A stretch of DNA of 32,000 bases from Candidatus Kuenenia stuttgartensis (GCF_900232105.1 NZ_LT934425.1:3660001-3692000), one strand, 5' to 3'. Positions 18,666 to 27,545 are shown, counted from the first letter of the stretch. Translations and numbers: made by a program. Notes: generated from the sequence alone by a model not told the origin.

Positions 18666-18814
18666 CCAACAAAGAGACATAAGCGATGGTGTTTGAAGTG
18701 TTTATCAATATAGTACTTGCCATATCAAAGGCGTGTTATATGTACAATAAATCTGTATTCCGCATATTATGCGGATCAATCTAATCAATGTTAGCACTTA
18801 AAAGAAGAAAACAG

Positions 18815-19114
18815 ATGAAACCAGAAAAAAACGATATACCTATAAAGGTCAAAATATCTGGCAGGCAATTAGAAGAACTCCAGAAATATACAGTCGATAT
18901 GTGTGAAGCATTTGGTCTGGATAGAAGAATTGAAAATTACAAAGGTACTAGACCAATATCCTTTTACAGTTGGGATTTAGATTGTATCCTAGATGTACTT
19001 TCTATGGCCCTTAATGATAAAAAAGAATATCCAGATAGAGAAGATGAAGGCTACATCAAGCTGCACGAATTATATGTTCAGTTGAAAACTGCATATAAAG
19101 AAACATACGGGTAA
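18815..19114 (+). CDS. Small uncharacterised cassette-borne protein
   Basis: MKPEKNDIPIKVKISGRQLEELQKYTVDMCEAFGLDRRIENYKGTRPISFYSWDLDCILDVLSMAL, preceded by an AAGAAGAAAA purine-rich stretch, in a cassette bounded by GTTAGCA (18790) and the attC at 19343. Confidence 0.6.
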   Translation: MKPEKNDIPIKVKISGRQLEELQKYTVDMCEAFGLDRRIENYKGTRPISFYSWDLDCILDVLSMALNDKKEYPDREDEGYIKLHELYVQLKTAYKETYG

Positions 19115-19342
19115 TTTACAGGGTGTGGCTTGTCGGCGGCACTGGGATAAAGCCAATAGAATCCAAACATTATTGGTATCAATGAAATACAACCGCCAAG
19201 CCACGGCCTTATTTTGATGGGTCGGCTTAGCTCAACATATTTTGTAAATCAAACATTAATTGCAGCAGAAAGTAAGTGCAAGAAAAGTAAAGGCAAGGCA
19301 AGGCAAGGCTCGTGGGTATAATAAACAACGCAGGTAATTCAG

Positions 19343-19472
19343 TGCTAACCAGCGCATTCAGCCGACCAGCTACCCTTTTGCGGTTTTCTAGTTTTGTGGC
19401 TTCGTTCACCATCATCATGCAGGCCAACTTATGCGCTTCTAATCTGCTGTCGGCTGATGCTGTGCGTTAGTA
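19343..19472 (+). other. Long attC-like integron recombination site (130 bp)
   Basis: TGCTAAC-CAGCGCAT-TCAGCCGAC ... GTCGGCTGA-TGCTGTGC-GTTAGTA. 9-bp perfect inner stem; R'' TGCTAAC is the exact complement of GTTAGCA at 18790-18796. Confidence 0.75.
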
Positions 19473-19507
19473 TCAGTAACTATCAATAAAGTACCAGGAG
19501 ATTAAAG

Positions 19508-19675
19508 ATGTTAAATACATTGTGGGGTGTTGTCAAAAAAGAAAAAATTGAGCTTCTGGGAAAGGCAAATATCCCTGAAGGGACAAGGGTTTTGGTAACT
19601 GTGTTGCCTGACGATACTGGATTTACAGTTCTGGTTGAAAACAAGCCAAATCTCTTTGGATGCGATTTGGAATAA
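19508..19675 (+). CDS. Putative antitoxin partner of the adjacent MazF-like toxin
   Basis: MLNTLWGVVKKEKIELLGKANIPEGTRVLVTVLPDDTGFTVLVENKPNLFGCDLE*, directly upstream of a MazF-like ORF. Confidence 0.55.
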   Translation: MLNTLWGVVKKEKIELLGKANIPEGTRVLVTVLPDDTGFTVLVENKPNLFGCDLE

Positions 19676-19686
19676 CTCAGAGGATG

Positions 19687-19977
19687 ATGTGTATGCAGAA
19701 TTACTCAAAGAATGATGTAGTTTTAGTCCGTTATCCCTTTGCAGATTTGTCAAGCTCAACGGTCAGACCTGCGGTTGTTATCAGTACGCCACATATCTCT
19801 GGTGACATTTTTGTTGTGCCACTGACCAGTAAAACAGCTTCTCTTTTGCCGGGTGAGTTTATACTGACAGACTGGAATAGTGCGGGGCTTAATGTGATCA
19901 CGACGGTTAAGCGTGGAATTTACACTGCAAACAGGGAATATGGGGACACTTCCCATATTTCTTGTTTGATCTGGTAG
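19687..19977 (+). CDS. PemK/MazF-family toxin, probably 3' truncated
   Basis: KNDVVLVRYPFADLSSSTVRPAVVISTPHISGDIFVVPLTSKTASLLPGEFILTDWNSAGLNVITTVKRGIYTA, then the frame enters REP-like copy D. Confidence 0.75.
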   Translation: MCMQNYSKNDVVLVRYPFADLSSSTVRPAVVISTPHISGDIFVVPLTSKTASLLPGEFILTDWNSAGLNVITTVKRGIYTANREYGDTSHISCLIW

Positions 19978-20002
19978 GAGAATAAGGGAAGTGTTCCTAT
20001 AT
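19933..20002. repeat. REP-like hairpin repeat, copy D
   Basis: GGGACACTTCCCATATTTCTTGTTTGATCTGGTAGGAGAATAAGGGAAGTGTTCC. Confidence 0.8.
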
Positions 20003-20013
20003 AGTCAAACAAA

Positions 20014-21051
20014 TCAGGTTTTCGAAATTTGCTCGCCAATAATTTGAAAATTTTCAGTTAAAAGAGTAGACAATTCATCTGTATACTCGTTAATATTTTT
20101 GAAAAAACTTAAACATTTGTTTTTAAACTTCTCATAAGTATCATAATACTTGTTATACAATATTTCTTTGCGAAAGAATTTCCATAATCTTTCAATGAGA
20201 TTTAAATTGGGTGAATAGGAAGGGAGAAATTTGATCTTTATTCTCGAATTTGCAAGGTATTCTTTGACCAACTTAGAACTGTAATATTTAGCATTATCAG
20301 AGATTATGTAAATAGTACCGGCTTGAGCATACCTTGACTCTATTTCATGGAAAAGCTTTATTGTTGATTGAGCATTGATGCTTTCATCTTCCCGGATTGT
20401 TACTTCAAAGGTTTCTATGTCAATAGCACCGTTTAAATTTATTCTTTTCCTACCGGTATTAGAGGGTATTTCCTTCTTTTTGCCTTTCTCTATCCAGCAA
20501 TATGCAGACGTAGAATTGTGCTGTGGATGAACTCCATCCATAAAAAGTATCTTATCTCCGGGGGCTTTCTCTTCTTTGAGTTGTTTGTATTTTTCGATAA
20601 ATTCTTTTTGTTTTTCAGGGTTTGCTTTGCCTGGAACTATTGTAGTTTTCTTGTAAGTAAAGCCTAATCTATCGAGGGTATGTACCATTCCTTCGGGTGT
20701 ATAGATTTTATTGAATGTCTGTTTTACATATTCAACAATTTCTTTTGCCGCGCTATAGTTGTTTTTCCTGATATGATCTTTTAATTGTTCTTCTTGTTCG
20801 CAGGTGAGTTTTGGCACACAGCCAATATAATTGTCAGATAAAAGCCCGTCAAAACCTTTATCTTTGTATAGTTTTTCGTAATTCCTGATTGTTTGATCGT
20901 CTAACAAGAGCGCTTCTGCTACTTCTTCATAACTCCATCCTGAATCAAGAAGAAGTATAGCTTTGATTCGGTCGGCATGACGTCTATGAGGCTCTTTCTT
21001 ATGTGCTTTTTTAAATTCTATTCGGGTTTTTTCACTGAGAAATGGATTCAT
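20014..21051 (-). CDS. IS630-family transposase
   Basis: ILFMDGVHPQHNS ... IYIISDNAKYYSSKLVKEYL ... IKFLPSYSPNLNLIERLWKFFRKEI (DDE) with N-terminal HTH. Confidence 0.9.
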   Translation of the reverse strand: MNPFLSEKTRIEFKKAHKKEPHRRHADRIKAILLLDSGWSYEEVAEALLLDDQTIRNYEKLYKDKGFDGLLSDNYIGCVPKLTCEQEEQLKDHIRKNNYSAAKEIVEYVKQTFNKIYTPEGMVHTLDRLGFTYKKTTIVPGKANPEKQKEFIEKYKQLKEEKAPGDKILFMDGVHPQHNSTSAYCWIEKGKKKEIPSNTGRKRINLNGAIDIETFEVTIREDESINAQSTIKLFHEIESRYAQAGTIYIISDNAKYYSSKLVKEYLANSRIKIKFLPSYSPNLNLIERLWKFFRKEILYNKYYDTYEKFKNKCLSFFKNINEYTDELSTLLTENFQIIGEQISKT

Positions 21052-21254
21052 GCAGAATTTAATACTCTAGAAACAATTCAAATGCAAGAAAAAAACAGGT
21101 TCTTCTAAAAATAAATGCTTTTTACTATATTTCCCTGACTGGGTTATGCATCGTATTTCGCGTTTCGGATTTCAACATTAAATATTTTGCCAAAAAGCAC
21201 GCACTGACGAATGGAAGTGTGCAGAAAAATTACTGATAAGGTACTGCAGGGTTA

Positions 21255-23444
21255 TTACTCAGGGTCATCTTCCGGGATATTTCGTGTTTTCCCGCGGTGG
21301 GGCTTTTCATTTCTGTTCTCATAGGGGATAAAATCCACCTCTCGTTTTAAAAGATCTATTTTGTATATTTTTACTTTTACCACGTCTCCGATTCGAAACA
21401 TTTTTTTCCGTCTGGTGCCTACAAGCGCCATATGTTTTTTGCTTATCTGATAGATATCATCTTCCAGGGTACGGATATGTACAAGACCTTCCAGGAGATA
21501 TTCGCTTAATTGCACAAAGAAGCCGTATTCCTGCACTCCGGTGATAATGCCCTCAAAATTATCTCCCACACGGGTTTCAAAAAAGCGCAGCAATTTCAGT
21601 TTGGTGATTTCCCGCTCTGCTTCTTCCGCCCTGCGTTCCGTAACGGAGCAATGCCCTGCCCATTCTGGCAAACAGTTTTCCCATATTTTTTGCACGACAG
21701 GTGACCGCAATTCTCCTGAAAAATGCTGATCCAAAACCCTGTGGATAATGAGGTCGGGATAGCGGCGGATAGGGGATGTGAAATGAGCGTAATGTTCAAG
21801 GGCAAGGGCAAAATGCCCGCTCTCCGTTGCCGAATACACTGCCTGTTTCATCGATTTCAGCAAGACAAGGTTTATCATATGCGCCTCAGGTTTTCCGCTT
21901 ATTTCCTTCAAAAATGCTTGTAATTGATGTATTTTAAAAGGGTCCACTCTGGTGTTTTCAAGCCCGCGGACAAAATCAGCGAATTCGAGCATATCTTCTT
22001 CGTCAGGCTCCGGATGCACCCTGCTTATCAGCGGCAATTTGTTTTTATGCATAAATGTCGCCACCATTTCATTTGCCAGGAGCATACACTCCTCAACAAG
22101 CCGGTGTGATACATCCCTTTCTTCCTTTTCAACATGTTCAATATTTCCCTGTTCGTCCAGTTTCAGGGATACTTCAGGCAGGTCAAGCTCTATTGCCCCC
22201 CGGTTCATTTTGTTCTTAAAAAGTATTTGTGCCAGTTGCGCCAGTTCTACCAAAACATTCTTTACCATCTCCGGTATATTCCCCGCCGATTCATTATTAA
22301 TAATTGCCGTTGCCTGTTTATAGGTTAAGCGTTTTGTAGCGTTGATGACTGAATGTTTAACAGTGCTTTTGAGGATATGTCCCTCAGGGTCAATCGTTAC
22401 GAGAACGCTTTTGGTCAGACGGTCTTCCCCTTCCATGAGACTGCAAAGATTATTCGATAATGCCTCCGGCAGCATGGGAATGACTTTCCCTGGCAAATAT
22501 ACGCTCGTACCGCGGAGTCGTGCTTCTTTATCAATGGCAGAGTCCTGTTTTACATAATAGGAAACATCGGCGATATGCACCCCCAATTGCCAATTACCCC
22601 TATCGTCCTTTTCAAGGGACAGCGCATCATCAAAATCCTTGGCGTCATCCGGGTCTATTGTGATAATGAGCTTTTTCCGTAAATCAAGCCGTGTTTGGAT
22701 TTCCTCCTGAGGTATTTCCTGAGAGATGCTTTCCGCTTCATTCAATACATTTTTATGAAATGCCCGCGGCAGTTTGAATTGATATATTATGGAATGGAGG
22801 TCTACTTTCGGGTCGCCTTCTTTTCCTAATATTTCCGTTATCTCGCCTTCCGGATTCAGGTGTCTTGACGGCCATTGCACTATTTTAACCACTACCTTAT
22901 CATCCGGTGTAGCGTCTTTTGCATCGCCTTCTGTTACATAAACATCTCTGAACAGGCGTGCGTTGTCCGGTACGACGTATCGTAACCGTTTGGACTTTTT
23001 AAAGGTACCCACAACTAAAGGATTGGCGCGTTTTAACACGTTGACAATCTGTCCGGAACCGCCCCCCTTTTGTTTGCCTCTTTTTGGTATTTGTTCTAAA
23101 TCCGGCAGGCGAACAACGACGGTATCTCCGTGCATGGCAGAATGCATGTTTTCTTCGTTTACAAAGATATCCTTCCCCTCGCCTTTTTTCGCCGGCACTA
23201 CAAAGCCAAACCCCCTTGAATTGCAATCCATCGTTCCCACCAACAGATTTACCGTTTTGGGATTGGCGTATTGTTTTCGTTTTATCTTGACGATTTCACC
23301 CTGGAATTCGAGATCCTGCAATAATTTGCAGAAAGCCCGGTATTCCTGGTCGTTGATCTCAAAATGTTCCGCCAGCTCGGCGGCAGTCATTGGAGTGTAT
23401 TTTTTGCTGTGGACAAATTGTATAATTGATACAGGTTCTATCAT
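21255..23444 (-). CDS. rnr: Ribonuclease R (RNB-domain exoribonuclease)
   Basis: 729 aa; IDPDDAKDFDDALSLEKDDRGNWQLGVHIADVSYYV, HFALALEHYAHFTSPIRRYPDLIIHRVL, C-terminal S1 domain FEGIITGVQEYGFFVQLSEYLLEGLVHI. Confidence 0.97.
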   Translation of the reverse strand: MIEPVSIIQFVHSKKYTPMTAAELAEHFEINDQEYRAFCKLLQDLEFQGEIVKIKRKQYANPKTVNLLVGTMDCNSRGFGFVVPAKKGEGKDIFVNEENMHSAMHGDTVVVRLPDLEQIPKRGKQKGGGSGQIVNVLKRANPLVVGTFKKSKRLRYVVPDNARLFRDVYVTEGDAKDATPDDKVVVKIVQWPSRHLNPEGEITEILGKEGDPKVDLHSIIYQFKLPRAFHKNVLNEAESISQEIPQEEIQTRLDLRKKLIITIDPDDAKDFDDALSLEKDDRGNWQLGVHIADVSYYVKQDSAIDKEARLRGTSVYLPGKVIPMLPEALSNNLCSLMEGEDRLTKSVLVTIDPEGHILKSTVKHSVINATKRLTYKQATAIINNESAGNIPEMVKNVLVELAQLAQILFKNKMNRGAIELDLPEVSLKLDEQGNIEHVEKEERDVSHRLVEECMLLANEMVATFMHKNKLPLISRVHPEPDEEDMLEFADFVRGLENTRVDPFKIHQLQAFLKEISGKPEAHMINLVLLKSMKQAVYSATESGHFALALEHYAHFTSPIRRYPDLIIHRVLDQHFSGELRSPVVQKIWENCLPEWAGHCSVTERRAEEAEREITKLKLLRFFETRVGDNFEGIITGVQEYGFFVQLSEYLLEGLVHIRTLEDDIYQISKKHMALVGTRRKKMFRIGDVVKVKIYKIDLLKREVDFIPYENRNEKPHRGKTRNIPEDDPE

Positions 23445-23667
23445 AGGTACTTTATTAACAATAAAATTATTTTAATGAAAAAGGGAAATACATGTACGGA
23501 TATTGAAAAGGTTATAGAGGGGATGTCTTTAATATAGGAGTAATGGACATAGAAGAATTTAATATGCCTGTAATTGTCATTTTCGCCAAAGGGAGAAATT
23601 CTAAGATTTCTCCCTTTGCACAGTCTTCAGTCTTCAGTCTTCAGTTTTCAATCCTCAATCTGCAATT

Positions 23668-23700
<33 letters not shown>

Positions 23701-23784
23701 ACTGCCCACTGCCTACTATCGACTGCCGAGTGTTACGGTATAATGGCAAATTCCAAATTCCAAATCCCTAAGTTCCATGAGCCT

Positions 23785-24729
23785 TCATTTTTTATAAAGT
23801 CTCCGCTCAAACATCCTCACATAATCCGTCCAGGCACTGCTGTCATCTTTATGATTACTGATGGCTTTTAAAGCGCCTTGCATTTTTGCGTCCAGATTAT
23901 CAAGATAGTGCAGTGCTATTGCCTCAGGTGTGCCAGGTTTTACTGGGGAACCCCATTCATACTCGCCGTGATGACTCAATATGAGATGCAAAAGGACGTT
24001 AAGATGTTCTCCCGGAAATCCTTCAATCTTTGAAGCCTTCTCATTCACCATAAGGACGCCTGATATGAGGTGACCCGTAAGCAAGCCTTCATCGGTATAT
24101 TGAAAGCTTCTCTCGTAAGATAATTCTCTAATCTTACCAATATCATGAAGAATCGCACCGGTAATTAACAGGTCCTTTTTGACCACAGGATAAAAACCGG
24201 AAAAATTGACTGCCAGTTTTGTAACTGAAAGGACATGTTCCAGCAAGCCGCCCAAAAAGGCGTGGTGATTTTGTGTTGCGGCCGGTGCAGCACAAAATGC
24301 CGTAACAAATGACTTATCCGTAAAAAAGGAGATGAGCAGTTTTGAAAGATAGGGGTCTTTAACGGACCTGATAATTTCTTTCAATTCAGCCAGCATTTCC
24401 GGGACATTTTTTTCAGTGCTTTGTACAAACTCATCCATTTGCACTTCTGATTCAGAAACAGGGGTAATTTCCAAAAGTTTGATTTGCAGAGAATTATTAA
24501 AGGTTTCTACCGTACCTTTGATTCTTATAAATCCGTCACTATTGAAACTATTATAAAGCGATGTGCTTGCATCCCATTTTTTTGCGTCAATACATCCGGA
24601 TTTGTCTGCCAGTTGCAGATTGAGATATGGTTTTTTGTCTTTAGTCTCCCGAATCTCCTTTTTGAGAACAAGGAAAACGCCCTCTACCTGATTGCCACTC
24701 TTTAGATTTGCTATATATTGTCTGGACAT
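23785..24729 (-). CDS. OB-fold plus HD-domain protein, YhaM-like 3'-5' exoribonuclease
   Basis: [29 protein letters not shown] (OB) and [22 protein letters not shown]...[17 protein letters not shown]...[17 protein letters not shown] (HD). Confidence 0.9.
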   Translation of the reverse strand: MSRQYIANLKSGNQVEGVFLVLKKEIRETKDKKPYLNLQLADKSGCIDAKKWDASTSLYNSFNSDGFIRIKGTVETFNNSLQIKLLEITPVSESEVQMDEFVQSTEKNVPEMLAELKEIIRSVKDPYLSKLLISFFTDKSFVTAFCAAPAATQNHHAFLGGLLEHVLSVTKLAVNFSGFYPVVKKDLLITGAILHDIGKIRELSYERSFQYTDEGLLTGHLISGVLMVNEKASKIEGFPGEHLNVLLHLILSHHGEYEWGSPVKPGTPEAIALHYLDNLDAKMQGALKAISNHKDDSSAWTDYVRMFERRLYKK

Positions 24730-24916
24730 TATTTAAGCAGGATTTTTTGGAAAGGTAATTTATGCAGAAATTGTAAGAGAGTAATTGTGTAAAGTCAAGA
24801 AATATAACGGAATACGCCGCATTTCTTTACAATAGACACAGTGCTCTATGCCAGTTAAAGGTGGAATTACAGATTACACAATAAGAATTTTCGTAACACT
24901 TTAGTTCTTTGAAAAA

Positions 24917-26254
24917 TTAACAAGCGATATTATAAGTTAAGCCGGAAGTGGTTTTTGTTAAAAGAGCTTTTTTGGCGTATGCCAGAAGGTTTTCCACGGG
25001 GTTGTCTCCTTGCAATTCTGCAGAGCGAAGCAACGTCATAAGGATAGCCTGGGTATTGGCGCCCTGAACAGAACGATTCTGTTGTGATACCTTTCGGGTC
25101 AATACTGGCTTTCGCATCTGTTGCTCGGCATGATTATTATAGGGACTCACACCTTCATGTTCCAGGAACGTAAAGAGTTCCTGTTTATGGCGCTTCAGGC
25201 GTTTGGTCAATCTTTGTACGTCTTTATCCTGACAAGGCGTTGCCAAAAACTGTTCAAGCCTGCGATACAATCTTTTTTTTAGCCGAAGAAAGCATACCAG
25301 GCTTATCTGGTTCTTTTTCTCTGATAACCGGATGGCATCCTTGAGCAACCGGGAGAGTTTTTTCCGGAAAGCTTTCCATGCGGCAGAATGGTTGTGGGCA
25401 TCTACTTTCACGAGTTCCGTGAACAGATGATAGAAACACCGCTGCTTTGCCAGTGCGCTTATCTTGTTGTAAGCGCCCAGAAAGTCACAGATCAGGATAC
25501 CACCAAATAGAATGCCCAAGAGTTTTTTTATGACAGGAGACCCCCGACTTGGTGTTATGAGATAGTAGCAGAGTTTTTGTGTTGTAAAACACCATAGCCA
25601 ATGGGTTTTTCCATTCAACCTCCATCCGGTTTCATCTGCATATAAGACAGCGCTTGCGGAGACTTTTTGGCCAATCTCGTTATACTGTGGCTCCAGGAGT
25701 GTTGCAAGGGATTTCCATGCCTGGGTTAGACCGCCGGCGCTTATTTGAAGGTTGAAAAATACGGAAAGCATCTTTACGATGTTGTTTACACTGATACCGA
25801 TTAAGTAGTGAAGCCATGCGGTAAAGACAACAAGGCGCAATCCTAGTCGGGCGCCATGCAACGCATCTGTGACCTTGGGTTGAACTATCTTTTTGCAACA
25901 AGCACACCAGTAACCATGAACTGTATGTTCCGTCACAACAGGGTCAAGGCGTGGAATATCTTCGATGTATCGCTTATAAGTTCTTACCGGTTTTTGTAAT
26001 GGCTGGTGGCAATCAGGGCAACTCTCCATGGAATGCGTTTGATAGGCAGTTACTGTTTCAGGTCGTTTCCGGCAAACTCCCTTATGTCCCTTTTTCCTGC
26101 CACAAGGCCGTTTTCTCTTTTTCTTTGTGGGCTTTAGATAGGGCGGTATCGAACCGGAAGGGGTAGTCGGACCCGGTTTATCGCAAAGCCGGTCATATTT
26201 TTCTGCTTTCTCCGCCAGTATCAGGATGGCTTGAATCGCATCCTCTCTGTCCAT
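24917..26254 (-). CDS. IS66-family transposase (TnpC-like)
   Basis: CPDCHQPLQKPVRTYKRYIEDIP...YADETGWRLNGKTHWLWCFTT...ICDFLGAYNKI...PYNNHAEQQMRKPVLTRKVSQQNRSVQGANTQAILMTLLRSAELQG. Start set at MDREDAIQAIL; the open frame extends to 26455. Confidence 0.9.
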   Translation of the reverse strand: MDREDAIQAILILAEKAEKYDRLCDKPGPTTPSGSIPPYLKPTKKKRKRPCGRKKGHKGVCRKRPETVTAYQTHSMESCPDCHQPLQKPVRTYKRYIEDIPRLDPVVTEHTVHGYWCACCKKIVQPKVTDALHGARLGLRLVVFTAWLHYLIGISVNNIVKMLSVFFNLQISAGGLTQAWKSLATLLEPQYNEIGQKVSASAVLYADETGWRLNGKTHWLWCFTTQKLCYYLITPSRGSPVIKKLLGILFGGILICDFLGAYNKISALAKQRCFYHLFTELVKVDAHNHSAAWKAFRKKLSRLLKDAIRLSEKKNQISLVCFLRLKKRLYRRLEQFLATPCQDKDVQRLTKRLKRHKQELFTFLEHEGVSPYNNHAEQQMRKPVLTRKVSQQNRSVQGANTQAILMTLLRSAELQGDNPVENLLAYAKKALLTKTTSGLTYNIAC

Positions 26255-26273
26255 CTCCAAAATAGCTATGGCT

Positions 26274-27155
26274 TCATCCCTGGTCACAGTCAAGAAACCT
26301 CCGAAAGTTTTTTTGAAGAGGGTAGAGGTAGAGATCCTTAGGTTGGCCATGATACAGATAGCGATTGCCCCGTTTTGCGCTCCCTTTGGTTTTGCCAGCA
26401 CGAATCCAATTGGCCGCCTGATAGCAGGTACCCTTAAACCGCGCGGTATCAACAAAGGTTTCGGCTAAATAAACGGGATGGCCGTAAACGGTATTCCAGT
26501 CATCTGACAGACGTCTGAGGGCAAGTGACAATACCTTGGATGCAAGGTGTTTGATCTTAACCCATGGTAGAATGAGAAATCGTACGTTATTTGCAATCAA
26601 ATGTAAGTGTGTACGTTTAGTCGTCTCATCCCATTCAATGAAACGATCACGGTCTTTGACTTTCCATGCGGCGCTTGCCCACCCCAGGCAGGCAACAACC
26701 TGATTGCCTATACGTACGATGTGTCTGAGGTGTTCGCCAACAAGCCGGGGATTGCCGAGGTAGTGATAGTGTTGGAAGAGATACTCCCAGAGATATCTTT
26801 CCTGAGGGTCTTTTACCACATGGATTGTCAGGTTTTCATACTCTGTGATTTTACCTTCTAGTGGTCTCCTGACGAAAAGGGGTGTCTGGACAAAGACCTT
26901 GGGTTTCAGATTGTTTTTGGCCCGTATACGTGGAGGAAGCGTTATCAATCCCTGTTCTTCTAATCTCAAAAGGAGGTCTCGTGCTGCGTATTCTTTATGT
27001 TTGCCATTGGGCTGCACCCAGTTCCAATGCTTGCATAGTTCGCAGGAAATATAAGTCCGACCTCTGAGAAAATGCTGCTCGATGAGCGCCTTTATAAAGG
27101 CGATATCGTCCGCATGCAGTTTTCGTGAACGGTATTGGAATATGATAGGCTTCAT
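26274..27155 (-). CDS. DUF4338 / DruA-like protein
   Basis: 293 aa; ERYLWEYLFQHYHYLGNPRLVGEHLRHIVRIGNQVVACLGWASAAWKVKDRDRFIEWDETTKRTHLHLIANNVRFLILPWVKIKHLASKVLSLALRRLSDDW...YLAETFVDTARFKGTCYQAANWI. Confidence 0.85.
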   Translation of the reverse strand: MKPIIFQYRSRKLHADDIAFIKALIEQHFLRGRTYISCELCKHWNWVQPNGKHKEYAARDLLLRLEEQGLITLPPRIRAKNNLKPKVFVQTPLFVRRPLEGKITEYENLTIHVVKDPQERYLWEYLFQHYHYLGNPRLVGEHLRHIVRIGNQVVACLGWASAAWKVKDRDRFIEWDETTKRTHLHLIANNVRFLILPWVKIKHLASKVLSLALRRLSDDWNTVYGHPVYLAETFVDTARFKGTCYQAANWIRAGKTKGSAKRGNRYLYHGQPKDLYLYPLQKNFRRFLDCDQG

Positions 27156-27297
27156 AAACTGTTTCCCTTTATTGAAGCCTTTTATACCACAAAGGAAAAA
27201 CAGACGCCAGCTTTTTTTACCTTTTTTCGCTATTAATTTTTCAAAGAACTAAAGTGTTACGAATTTTCTCATCTGTGTTAATCTGGTACGCCAAGGA

Positions 27298-27545
27298 GTG
27301 TTTATATATCAGTTGGTGCAAATCCAACCCGTCAATTGGCCGTTCGGGCATCAGTGAAAGAGGCAGAAAGCCTCACGGGAGGGTGTAAACAGCGATGAAT
27401 ACGTTCGAGTTTCCTGTAGCGAGCCGTCAGACCGTAGCGCAAGTGAACAAACACGCAGGCCTCGTTACGCTAAAAATACGAAAGATGATCCTCCCGGATT
27501 GGTCGAAATCTGCAATTGCATAAGCAGAAATGCTGCGTCTCAGTT
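27298..27545 (+). ncRNA. Possible group II intron 5' domain I fragment
   Basis: Begins GTGTTTATATATCAGTTGGTGCAAATCCAACCCGTC with hairpin GTTGG/CCAAC and GAGGCAGAAAGCCTC hairpin. Overlaps no convincing ORF. Confidence 0.4.

Larger units (their letters stand above)
24893..27260 (-). mobile_element. Complete IS66-type element carrying a DUF4338/DruA-like gene
   Basis: 28-bp perfect terminal inverted repeats GTAACACTTTAGTTCTTTGAAAAATTAA flanked by the 8-bp direct repeat GAATTTTC (24885-24892 and 27261-27268). Confidence 0.92.

Noticed and set aside
18641-18790. Possible further attC immediately upstream of GTTAGCA (CCGCATATTATGCGG hairpin)
   Set aside because: A hairpin and R' box are present, but I could not find a convincing R'' box or an outer stem; insufficient to list as a site.
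19133-19260. Imperfect inverted repeat GTGGCTTG..GGCGG / CCGCCAAGCCAC
   Set aside because: Resembles an attC stem but lacks recognisable AAC/GTT boxes at the correct spacing.
21952-22323. 123-aa plus-strand ORF inside the RNase R region
   Set aside because: Antisense to a strongly supported RNase R gene, S/F/I-rich composition typical of antisense translation, no recognisable domain.
26255-26455. N-terminal extension of the IS66 transposase overlapping the DruA-like gene
   Set aside because: The first 67 residues overlap the well-supported DUF4338 reading frame; an internal start at 26254 gives a normal arrangement.
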